A stretch of DNA of 64,000 bases from Neodothiora populina (taxonomy: Eukaryota): positions 1,178,001 through 1,242,000 of the forward strand of contig NW_027191411.1 in assembly GCF_041146345.1 (NCBI RefSeq), in the 5' to 3' direction. The notes below the pieces were generated by a model, which saw nothing but the letters and a program-made list of their open reading frames with translations, ran no database searches and was not told where the DNA came from. Shown here in pieces: positions 22,439 through 34,179 of this stretch; the stretch's first letter is position 1; each line of letters begins with the position of its first letter. The position numbers and the translations under genes were made by a program.

Positions 22439-23419
22439 ATGTCAGCTTCCATGAGTAACGCGATTCTTGAAACATTAGCCGACAAGCCTGTCATTGTCCT
22501 CGATGGCGCTCTTGCTACCGAATTAGAGGCACGAGGGCTGGACTTGAGTTCTTCTTTGTGGTCTGCGAAAGCTTTGCAACAAAGTCCCGAATTGATATAT
22601 TCGGTCCATTTAGATTACTTCAGATCAGGCGCTGATGTGGCAATTACTGCAAGCTACCAAGCGACGCCTCTGGGTCTGGAAAAGCACCTTGGAATGAGTG
22701 TCGAGGATTCAATCCAACTTATCAGGAAAAGTGTCGAGCTTGCGCAACAAGCCCGCGATGCGACACTAGAGGAGGAGCGGGTCCAAAACCCAGGAATGCA
22801 GGCGCGCAAAATGTTCGTCGCTGGCAGTGTCGGACCGTATGGTGCTTATCTCGCAGACGGGTCTGAGTATCGTGGTGATTATAGCATCTCGGATCAGGAA
22901 ATGAAGGCATTTCACCGTCCGCGAATCCAGGCATTGGCCGATGCAGGTGTTGATGTTCTAGCTTGCGAGACAATACCTTCGTTCGCTGAGGTGAAGGCCT
23001 TGTTAGATCTGCTGCAGACAGAATTTCCCCAATTGAGTGCATGGCTGTCTTACACTGTGCGGGACCCCACCCATCTTAGTGATGGCACACCTTTGGCGGA
23101 TGTCACCGCAGCCACCAACAAAGTGGACCAGATCATCGCCGTGGGCGTCAATTGCATTCCAGAACGGGATGTATCATCTGTCCTGAAACACTTGAGCATG
23201 CACACCACCAAGCCGTTAATTGCATATCCTAATTCCGGAGAGCAATGGAACGCAGAAGCAAGGAGCTGGTCCGGTCAGCGCGCTCAGGACAATGAGCGAG
23301 CACATGACTTGAAGGAGTGGTTCAACAGTGGTGCAAGATTGATTGGCGGCTGTTGTCGAACAGGCCCTGAAGACATCAAGGTGATCTGCAAGCATGTCCA
23401 GACCATTGACCAAGCATAG
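22439..23419 (+). CDS. mmuM: Homocysteine S-methyltransferase (S-methylmethionine/SAM-dependent), MmuM-like
   Basis: LDGALATELE, ITASYQAT, AGSVGPYGAYLADGSEYRGDY, ACETIP, Zn ligands GVNC and GGCC, YPNSGE. Intronless. Confidence 0.95.
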   Translation: MSASMSNAILETLADKPVIVLDGALATELEARGLDLSSSLWSAKALQQSPELIYSVHLDYFRSGADVAITASYQATPLGLEKHLGMSVEDSIQLIRKSVELAQQARDATLEEERVQNPGMQARKMFVAGSVGPYGAYLADGSEYRGDYSISDQEMKAFHRPRIQALADAGVDVLACETIPSFAEVKALLDLLQTEFPQLSAWLSYTVRDPTHLSDGTPLADVTAATNKVDQIIAVGVNCIPERDVSSVLKHLSMHTTKPLIAYPNSGEQWNAEARSWSGQRAQDNERAHDLKEWFNSGARLIGGCCRTGPEDIKVICKHVQTIDQA

Positions 23420-26400
23420 ATCGAGTATGTAGTCTAGCCATTGACTCTCATTCTTTTCGCTTACTGACCCGGTCTAATAGCCTCGAGTGTAAAGCGACAT
23501 TCAGAAGGGTCGTATTTCCGTATGTTCCAGGGTATAAGGTTCGATGACAGGTGGCCACGCTGCGATGTGAGGGGTGTCATTTCAAAGCCTTGCTTGAATC
23601 GGGACTCTACTTCACAGGTCATGGAACAAGCAGTCTGTTAGCGAAAATCTCTACTTTCGCATGATAAAGATAAGATTACATCATTCTGCATGCTGTCTCA
23701 ACATGTGTTATATTACCTTCAGTCTTATACATTGTGATGAGCAATGCATGCTTGGCCTCCTAATGCCTTAGATTCTTCGAGTGTACTGTATAATTGCCAT
23801 TCTGTAGTCTTGCTCCACGATCAGCTTCGGGTGAAACCTTGGTTGGCGGTATTGGAGATAACATCGGGAATTAGGAGATAGGAGCGAACTCCGTACTTTT
23901 CTCCGTCGAGAGTTCGTTGCGCTTAGACTCAAGCAGCAAAAGCATGTGGTGGATGGACTAGGTAATAATAACCGCAACATCCGCAACGACCGCAGAGTGT
24001 TTTCCAAAAGTCATTGCATCTCGCTACTGTGCTGGAAACTGTTATCGTGCATGGGAAAGTCGTGTATGGGAAACACCAAAAGACACGAGAGCAGATTGGA
24101 GGATATGCCAATTGTGATGCGCATTGAGCAAAGTCCCATCAGTGCGGAGGCGGAGTCGAACGCGTTTCAAAAAGCGAAATAGCAAGACGTCGACTCCATA
24201 GGCAGGCAGGGCGCGTGTACGTGCTTCCAAGATTGAACACAAGAGTCATGCATGAGTAAGAAGGGAGATCGTGCGAGACATATCGAGTCAATTCACTCAG
24301 GACCGTGGGTCGTGGATGGACCTCTGACCTCTCACTCGCTGACGGCACATGTACACATACTCTAAGCGAAGCGAGAGCATCAAATGTGATAATTACCCGT
24401 GATCTCAAACGGGAAGAGAAGAGTGGGTACAGGATGAGTGTGATGCTAAGATAAGGTGTGTACAAAGCATGCAATATGTAAGCACCTAAGCTAAGGTACC
24501 TCAAAGAAGCTTGTGTTCGCCTGGCTTTGCAGCACCTTCCCCAGAGGCAAATGCAATGTAATGATGCAGAATTGGAGCAAGGATAGACTAAAATACCCAA
24601 GGTATACGAGTACTGTACATGTGGAGATGCAAATCTCGATATTGGATGAAATCACAAATTGCACGTTATATTCGACACGGCGCAGAGACCGACATGTTTA
24701 TTCAGAATTTTCCCTATGTTTATTATGCTATTGGAATAAATAAGCGCATATTTATGACCAGAGGTTCGGCTTATCGACCACTCCGGTTCCGAGCAAAGTC
24801 TATTCTTCTGTGTGGCGTGGTCGAGCCTATGCTTCTCTCGGTTCGCTGGCGTCCTGCACTGCCGACCATATTGTACTGTACCTTAGCTTCTGCGTCGTGT
24901 GGGCCGTGGACGATACTTTCGCGTGAATGCATCCAAAAATACTGTACGAAAACGTTGGCACCGACGCGTGCTCGAGTGTCAAATGTGGGGACCATCTGGT
25001 ATGGTTAGACGCATTGTCTGGATTGATATGTACGTCAATTATGACCCACGCGAGCAGACACGAGACACCCAAAAGTATCCAATTGTCATGAAAGATTTGT
25101 GTATATCTTTGAATAAACTCTTGTTACGAGTCGGCCGTCATCTCCAAGGAGCTCTGCGTCTAGCCGGAAGTGCATTGTCTGACATTGAATATATTATTGC
25201 CGACAGTACATCACCCTCAATGATGATGGCCTGCTCTTTGTATGCAGATCCATAGCCGTTCGGTAAGCTGTTGTGTGACTTCACCTACAAGGCATATATT
25301 GTGGCCGTTGAATGGCGTACTTATGGGAGGGGAATAGAGTTAGACGACAGTATACCTTGGCATAACTATTGGTTCAGGATCGATCTCGCTTGCTTTTAGC
25401 CTGCGTTGCAGCATTATCGTGTGGGGGACATAAGACGATGCAAGGTGCACAATAGCAGAATGAATATCGGACGTGAAGATGTGGTCACAGAATCGCGACC
25501 ACGCCCCGCCATGTTTCGCTTCGTATGGGAGCAGCGTCGAGAGTTGCGGCAGTAGAGAGTTTAGGATAGCTCCCCAGAGTCAAAGCGCGTAACAACGGTG
25601 GACTGTTTTTAGCCCTTCCGATACGCTTCAATAGTAATTAATGTCGCGGAAGATGGAGTTTATGAACGTAAGTTCTGATGCATTACATGGGTTATGCAAG
25701 AGGCTGTGCCTCGTCGATTTCGAGCAGAGAGCTATCAAAATCATGTAAACATGCGGTGTCGAAAGGGCCTTTTGGTCGGGCACCATATGGCCCGAGCTGT
25801 ACGCCTTCTGTGCCGCTCAAGACCCCTTTGCATGCCATTTGGGTGACTTACGGGCTAGGCACGCAGATCGCTTGTCAGGCCATCGAAAAGTGCGACTACG
25901 GCGTTTGAAGATAGGATAAGAGATGCGCTTGCCGAGTACCGAAAGGGCAAAGTTTCGACGTTCCCTGACATTTGGTGGATTAGATACGATAGACATTCGA
26001 GCCTACGCGTCATTTCAATGGCTCGCATAGAACTTACTTCACATCTGCAAAGCATACGTTTTGACCTAACGTAAACCTACATGACAGCGAGCCGAATTTG
26101 CTCAAAGTACGAAATCGTAAATTCCCTCGTGCTTGCGATCCTGATGCTCACAAGCGGAGCATGGTATCAACCAAAGATGCAGGTAGTCTTAGTGTAGAAG
26201 CCGCGTTCAAAGCGTACGCAATTATGTGGAGCATAACTCGTATCCAGGCCGGGTAAGGTGCATAAAGGAAGCAGCATAGTACCTATCTTCTTCTGCATGC
26301 TGCGTGAACGTGCGCGGCAACACTATCCTATCTCTCTCTCCTAGTGGGGAGGACAAGCAATGCCGCCCTATAACCAGCTATGATCTCCAGGGAATCGGGT

Positions 26401-28789
26401 TGCAGTGCTCGAGCGTCGACGTGCTTCTCTGGACCTGCGTGCTTTGTCACGATAGTTCAGTGTGTCTAAAACTTTGCAGGGCATGGTCTGGCGCTGATCC
26501 GCCTTTGGAGCTACAGGGAACGGTTCGCACAGCTCCATATACCGTTATGGGCCGTTTCACAAGAGCAAGTCATGTTATTGCAGGTAAAGTAGGAGGAGGA
26601 TCAAACAAGCTATATAGCCTTGTGATAATTGCCATGTCGTGATTGCGCAGCCGGCGAGTGTGCTTGTATCTGACGACTCTCCCGTCCGCACAAGTGCACA
26701 AGATCATGACTACAATATCGCGCACGGGATGCTTCTTGGTGGGTTGCAACTGTTTTGTGGCGCGGCTGGAGAATGTGGAGAGAGAGGGAAAAGGACAAGT
26801 TGTGGAATCGTAGCGAATCAGTCGCACGATCAGCGGGGTTGCCATAGAGCGAACGACCGCGGCCAGCGAGCCAACGCTGAGGACCACGGTGTATGGCTAG
26901 TGCACTTTGCAGAATAGTACATGCACGGCTCGGCCGAGAGACGCATGAATATTGCATTTGCGTTCTGGCATGGGTTGAAGGCCCCCGACGTAGGCGTATT
27001 CAAGCCTTGGGTAGGTTTTCACCATGCTTGTCAAGCGAGTGTTTTGCTGTTTAGTGGAGTCGGGAGACAGTTAGGTTTTGAGTTTGCTTATGGGTCGCTG
27101 GTTGAGGTTCAGGAATGGGTGAGAGGCTGATTGGGGAAATGCGTCTGCTCGGCGAACTGACAGACAATAATAATGTCCCTAAGCACGACGCCGCGGCGCA
27201 CACATCCACCAAACTGGGTATGATGGCTAGATACCTCTGGCGAGGTACAACAGACATTCGGAACCCACATGCAGTGTGGTGATAAGACGCAATAATGAAG
27301 AGCATAGAAGCACTGTATTACTGCAATCGTCAATCAACGCTGGTCTACACAGCCAGCTGAACCGATCACAGTCATGTCTCAAAGATCATCGCACACAGAT
27401 ACAATAGATAGCAAGGATTGAAAGGGGGGACACTTAGAGTAGATAAAGTGAGCCAGAGCACAGAGCCCCGGACAGATCGAGAAAATACTTGTACTCGTAC
27501 AATATCGGAGGGCGACCAGGGCTACATTAGCGTAGCACTTGTAGCGTAGGCCCGTGCCTGCCTCCCCAAGACCCCCTCGTACTGCATGTAGAGACAGCGA
27601 CCACTCGTTGCTGCTCGTCGTCCGTTCTCTTGTTGCTTCTCGCAGTATCCATTTCCATCATCATCACCATACCTTTTTTCGCATCCCATAGGCCACACAG
27701 TGCCTTCCCTTTTTCCTCCTCTATTCACAACACACTTTCCCCCCTTCTTAACTCCGTCTTTTCTCTTGTCGCTGCTTCTTGCCATTGATCGCTTTTCTGC
27801 TGTCTATCTCCCATTTGGCGTTTTTGCTTTGTCCGCCTTGCGTGTTTCGTGTTTCCATTCCACCCCCTTAGACAATTCCGACCGTCTTCGCTACATCTTC
27901 ACCGCCCCAGCAACGTCGAGCTTTGGACCTCGACGACTAATACTAGTTCGCTCCGGACCCAATCCACTTCAGGCTTGGACACCCTTTCCTAGATCGCTGT
28001 TGTCGAAAGGAGACGCACAACAACACCAGATTTGGAGGAGCTCTCGTTATCTTCACGTACATCGCACCGCCCATGATTGTCTAAAGTAACAGTGTCCGCA
28101 GCGGCCGGACAGTAGGCACAACAGGGAAATCCTCTCTCATCTACTTAGGAATTGTTTAGGTACGCTGCTGACCGCCCCTTGTTATTGTCGTCGTCGTCGT
28201 TCTCGACGTCGACGTTGAACGTGATGAAGCTCGTCGCTTTTGACTGGCTTGCTGTTGTCATCTCTCCCACCTCTCCCACCAACCCATCCTTCTGCCTTTA
28301 CCTGTTGCTTCACACGATTTCACCTTCCTCTCGTCGATGTCTCTTCATAGGCAAAGCATATCTTGTCATCGTCACTGCTTCCACCACCCCTTTACGTCGC
28401 CCTCTCTTCTTAGCACCACTCTTCCATGCGGCACTACTGCCCGGGGTTGTCTTTGCAGACATGCCTGGTGGCAATACGCTGTCCTCCTTATCACAAGAAC
28501 CGCAGTCCATAATTGTCTTGTCCTGCCCATCTTCACATGATCGTCGAATCCTCGTCGAGTTGTGATGCCAATCCCAACAGACTGCACAACTGTATCATTT
28601 CCCTTTGACATGTTTCCTCCACCAGACATCAGATCGCTCGGTGCACCACAGCCATCATGAAAACTCGCTAACACATGATCCTCTCTGTCCAGGCATTCAC
28701 TCGCCACCTAATCCGTAGTACTATACAATCGTTTGCTTCCTTTGAAGACCAACAAACTCTTGAACCAACCGAGACGTTTGAAAGAGCCG

Positions 28790-31056
28790 ATGGCGGAGGT
28801 ACTCTCACCCTTGTCTTCACCTACCAGCACGATTACTATGCTGCAAACCCGCCCTGCCTCATCCGACGTATTCCAATCCTCTGCAGGATCATATCAAAAC
28901 CCACAACGCCTGAACAACACTCCTCGAAGCATCTATAACTCGGCACCGGCCTATCGTGGGCCTGTGACGGCTCCGGTGCAACCTTACGCCTTCCAATCCA
29001 CCCCTCACTTGCGTCAAGAAACACGCACGACCTCCTCTCCGGCTGTGCCTCAGAGTCAGGCCTCTGCCTCCAGCCACAAAACCGGCCACCGCCATTCTTC
29101 CTCGACTTCTACAATTTCTTCAGACATGTCTTCTGTGACTTCGGCAAATGCCCAACGCAGTCCAAGCAAAGATGACATGTTCTCTGGTTCCGCAAGGAAC
29201 TCTTTCATCAACCTGTCCTCGTCAATCCCCGACCTCTCGCTGACGGCGTTCGATAATACGCCGAAATCATCACCCAACAGATACCGCAGGACGCCGCAGC
29301 GGATGGATTCGAGCAATTCCGTCAACAGAGTCCCATCAACGGTATCTGCAGCACCATCAGGGTCAGGCATGGCGTCGGTAGAACACCTATACACTCCACC
29401 AGCCCCCGTTCCTGGAACGCTGCAGCGTACCGCGAGCGATGATCTTGCTATCAACAAAACCACATCTGCCTCGGAGGCTGCAAAGCGGTATCGAAGGCGG
29501 AGTTTGAACAGTTTCGAGGGCAACAAGCTCGCGGTGGGTAATTCTGCCCCTCAATCTCTCGAGAATCAGCGTCCTGTATCGCACAGCGGTCAGGCACCAA
29601 ACACGATCAGGCCTGTCTCTTTTCACTCCCGCACAAGCAGCACCGAGAGTGCAAACAATCGACGGGCAAATGCCACTGCTACGCTTTCCGTGAGTAGAGC
29701 TTCGCTTGTACATATCACTTCGTTTGGCACAACACTAACATGAATCAACAGTCTGAGTTGGAGCCACCAGTCAACCACAGCGCGCAGGTTAGTCCTGTAA
29801 AGGTACCAGTCAGGAATTCGTCTGCCGCCAACCCATCTCCTTTATCCAGGCCTGCTGTCATTGGTCATGGTTCTTCTCCAGAGGAGGTCCCTAGGCCGAG
29901 AACGACGACGGCATCTACCACTAGTCCCGCTGCTCAGCACCTAGCAGCGCTGTCGGACAAGGACCTTAACAAAGGTATGAAGTCACGACTGAGACGAGCA
30001 TTCTCCTTCGGGAGTGCTGCGGAGCTTCGTAGGGCATCGGAGAATGCTGTCCCGCCCAGACTCATGGGCCAAGGTCAAGCACCAGAGGAGGAGCTTGACC
30101 CAGTGCAACTGGAGATTGCACGACAACAGGAGGCGGCTGGAATCGGTGCAGGCATCTACTCCGGTCAAGGTGGTTTCACTGGATCGACAGACAACCTATC
30201 CATCTCGTCGACTGCTTCGTCAGCGTCCATGATGCTCCGTAAGATGGGCAAAGGCATGAAAAAAGGCGGCCGCTCGTTGAAGGGTCTCTTCAGGCCGAAG
30301 TCAGTCATCGGTGTCCCGGCTGCTGACGGCCCCATCCAGCCGAGTATGGCCCAGGTATCAATGGTGACTGTCGAAGCCGAGAGGCAGAAGGTCAATGTCA
30401 ACGCACACCCTGCAGAACACCATGGAGGCGGCACGGGATTCCCGAAGCTGGAAAAGAACTCGATGGATGCAGTTCGCGGCCCTGCAGCCGACTCTAGATC
30501 ATCCAACGACCGCAACGATTCCATGAGAAAGAGCATTGTCGGAAGTGACCAGGAACGTGCAGATGTCCTGGCTGCTGTCAAGAAGGGAATCCTAAAACGT
30601 CACGGAACTTCGTCTCCGAACGGCTCTCCAGAGATAAGACCGAGTGGCATATCCGAGACACCAATTACACACAGCCCTGCCTCGAGCATGCCTGCCACAC
30701 CACGTGATGAGCGGGCCTCGCGGAGCATGTCCTCAACCACAAGCGACTATTTCAGCGGCCGTCTCGGTGCCCCTGCGGCCAAGAGTATGCCAAATACCCC
30801 CTCAGCTGCTAGGAATATCAGCTTCAGCCCTCGCATACAATTCTACGACGCCTGGTCCAGTGGTGACTATGATCGACGCGGGGACATCGCGACCTGCAAT
30901 CGTCTCACACCGATGCTCGCTCAACAGATCAAAGAGGAGCTTAACACTTTCAAGATGGTATGTTTCGTCTATTCGTCCCGTCCAACGATAAGTGCTAACA
31001 CAGAACAGGAGATGGAAGTGCACGAGCTCTCAAAACCGCACACGCACTTTTTCTAA
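28790..31056 (+). CDS. BNI4: Bni4/Phactr-like protein phosphatase 1 regulatory protein; exons 28790-29689, 29752-30957, 31009-31056
   Basis: Ser-rich disordered body. C-terminal RNISFSPRIQFYDAW..YDRRGDIATCNRLTP.LAQQIKEELNTFKM|EMEVHE.SK..THFF with an RVxF-like motif. Canonical introns. Confidence 0.82.
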
Positions 31057-33149
31057 TTATGACCGTCATTGGATGCATTGTAACCCATCATTATCGGTTC
31101 TAGCATGAGAGAATGGGGAGGAGCTATAAATCTGTATTCTGGCGTATCACGGAGGCGTTTTTGCACGTAATTGCGACTGGGAACATTTTTGGGACTTTTT
31201 GCATCCCCACAGGGAGTCTTGTTTCCACGAAAAATCTTTTGTTTGTCCCTTCCCCCTTATTCTCATTTCTCTCTTCTGGCTATGGTTGTTTTTGGGGGTA
31301 TGATGAGGGCAGCACAGTGCAGTTGCTAGAAGTAAGCTGGTAAAGTGGAAGAGCGTTCTTTTGTCTTCGAGGCGTCATTGGGGCGCCTCTCTTCATTTGT
31401 TCATAATTGAGTATCGAGCCTGATAGACGGCTTGCTTTTACTGGCACACATGACGCTTCCTCATATATCAATTGTACTAGCCCATGTTATCTTCCTAGTT
31501 AAGGACTACTTGGATTGAGCATCAACATTTACTACGCACACCGCCAATGTCCATGGATCAAGGCGATGCAAGTTGTTCATATGAGACATGAAGACCTAGC
31601 TCAACGTGCTGCGTGTGTGCTCTCCCCTTGGGGTCGAATGATTAGGCGAAGAGAGAGTCCTACAACAGGGTCTCAGATTGCCTGTAATCCAGTCAGGGTC
31701 GGTATTATAGTGACTGTGAATGGCAATTCTTGTATGCTCCTTGGCGAGTGGACCCAGCGACTTGGTTGGTGGCGTGAGGAGAGTTCTGGGGTCGCGCAGA
31801 ACTCTATCGGACTTGACTTCGAAAGTGCAACAGGTACTTCATTGAAGTAATGTTTCCTCAACGCATCCGCTGTGCCTTGCCTCCAAGGAGGACTCTCAGG
31901 TACAGTACCTCACCTAAAATGTACCCGTTACAAGCTACCTTGCCCAAAGTGGAATCGTACCTCTGTGGGGCGGTTGGTACTTTAGCAAATGGTTGCAGCG
32001 AATCGGAATGCTGGTCGGAGCAGAGCCCTTACCTCATCCGGTGACGTCCATCTCACCTGTCTCTCGTGCGAATCGAGTACAAGCCTGAGAGCACAGCAGC
32101 ATCTGCCGACCGACGGCGATACGAGGGTATTCTCATGATTTTGGTCTCATCACGGATCTACTCACTTCACATGTGGTAATGAAGTTGAGAGACCTAAACG
32201 TTGCGAAAGCGGGCGCTCAAGCATGTAATACGCGCGTTGCATGTGCTTCCTCAGCATATCGAGATTCAAGCTTACCAACGTCTTATTGGATGACGATGTC
32301 AAGAAAATTGACTCGAGCTGCAGACGGAAGTCAAGGCATCATGGGTCGTCATAAGTCAGGGATCGCACTCGTGTTGCAGGAGGCGGATCACGCATCAACT
32401 CCCGATCGCGTTGTGAACACACAGCACAGTAGGTATTTCTGATGATCAGACATAACGTCAGATCTACATGTTCATCTCGACCACGCACACCTTACAACTC
32501 CGTGGAGCCCATGGGCATGGAATACAGTTTTTGACTTCTTCAATGTGCTAGCAGTTGCAGACCCGTGATTCTGCGGTCATCGAACCCCGTTTCCGGAAGT
32601 GTCGTAAAACAAGCATCGCATAAGCGTCAGGAAACGGACGGATGCCAGTCTCGGAAGAGCAAGGATCGACTGAGCAACCTCACTCCACACACTTAAATTC
32701 CTCAATCACCTCAGCCAGCAAAACGAAGCGGTGCAAAAAATAGCTGTTGCTACGATTACATTTTTGTGATACTTCTGTATCCGCTTCTCCGGAAAGTAAG
32801 CTGATGCCCGAGATATCCGTTAGGTTTTTTTCTCTCTGGGATGTACGCGTATATCGGAGCTTCCCATCACACCTCGATGTGCTGTAGGTTGCTGCTAACA
32901 GGTTTTCAATATAAACATCGCCACTCCCCATCATCATTACACTGTCTTCCCCAGTTTTCTTTATATTGATATTCTCTCATATTTCATCGATATATCACTA
33001 TAATCATATATTCACTTAATTGAGATTGTAATCGTAACAGCTACCTTCATCTCACAAGACAACAAGAAGTTTGCTTTCGGCTCTAGCCAAAACATCTGTA
33101 ATTTCAAATTACAACCCAGATACACTTCGTCTACATAACGAAACCAACA

Positions 33150-33530
33150 ATGGCAGCTGTAGTCCTCACCTGCGCCGGCTTCCTATCAAGCCGCATGGAT
33201 AGGAAGCGCCGAGAGCGCATAGAGCGCAAAAAGGACTACTCAGACCACTTCGAAGAGCTCAAAGCAGCCAACGCGGAGCGGGTACGCCATCTCTTCGAGA
33301 CGGGACAGAAAGACTATGATGCAGTCTTCACGACCAGGACTGGCGATTCAAGTAGCAGCCACACCAGCAGCAACAGGAATTCGCGAGTGCAAAGCATGGA
33401 TGGCGTGTCGACTGCCAGTACGCACAGCAGTAGCGACAGCAGCAGCACGAGGCCGTCGTTGCAGTCTTCGCGGACGCCGCCGAGATATGAGGATGTTGCT
33501 GGAAGTGCCACCACGACCGCAAGCCGATGA
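33150..33530 (+). CDS. Small hypothetical protein, 126 aa: short hydrophobic N-terminus, basic coiled coil, Ser-rich tail with PPRY
   Basis: Good start context (ACAATGG), AT-rich promoter-like upstream region, coding-like composition. Confidence 0.7.
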   Translation: MAAVVLTCAGFLSSRMDRKRRERIERKKDYSDHFEELKAANAERVRHLFETGQKDYDAVFTTRTGDSSSSHTSSNRNSRVQSMDGVSTASTHSSSDSSSTRPSLQSSRTPPRYEDVAGSATTTASR

Positions 33531-34179
33531 CGGAAGGCAAAGGGGCGAAATAATTGAAGTTCAGTAATATATGTCCAACGCCTATCTGTGCTCGCTACGT
33601 GGATGACATGATTGGCTCGCGACAATCACCAAAGGAGAAAGCCCTCTTTGGGAGAGGTTCTTCACACGAGAGCAAGTTTCCACTCGCAGATATCTCTCAA
33701 ACCTCACTATCGGGGGATGCCCTTCGGGCCACCGAGGGAGCGAAGGGGAGTCCGCGGACTCTTCGCACATATCGTGACGCCTAACGTATTAATGATATAC
33801 AAAAGCAGGAATATTCATCATCTTATGGGAGGAACAAATCTCGGGAGCTGACGAAGCTTTTGTGCTTCGTCAATTGCCCTAAGAAGAGGTTTTAATTGCA
33901 TCATAACAATATAGCATTAGCGGGGCATATGGTGCGTTAGATACATTTGGTAATAGGTTGTTTTCATTCTTGAGTATATAGTATTTAAATACATTGACAG
34001 CGAAAGATCCAATGATCACTTTCTGTCTCGATCGTCAAGCATACGTGTGCACCATCATGACCCGTCCTGTGTGTGAAAACACTATCAATCTGACCATTGA
34101 TACATAAAGCCACCCGTGATGAATTGACCTTCTTTTTTGGCCCCTTTGATCGACCTAGGAAAGGCTCTCAAAACGACTC

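Noticed and set aside
23929..24111. Cys-rich 60-aa ORF (CGRCGCCG)
   Set aside because: Non-ATG start, no signal peptide, no splice support.
31300..31424. ATGATGA...CTGA pair as a possible C/D snoRNA
   Set aside because: Lies in the BNI4-like 3' region and the guide match to 18S is interrupted.
32578..32640. GGTTCGA (minus strand) with a CCGTTTCC/GGAAACGG inverted repeat, tRNA-like
   Set aside because: The T-stem and acceptor stem do not pair, so no cloverleaf forms.
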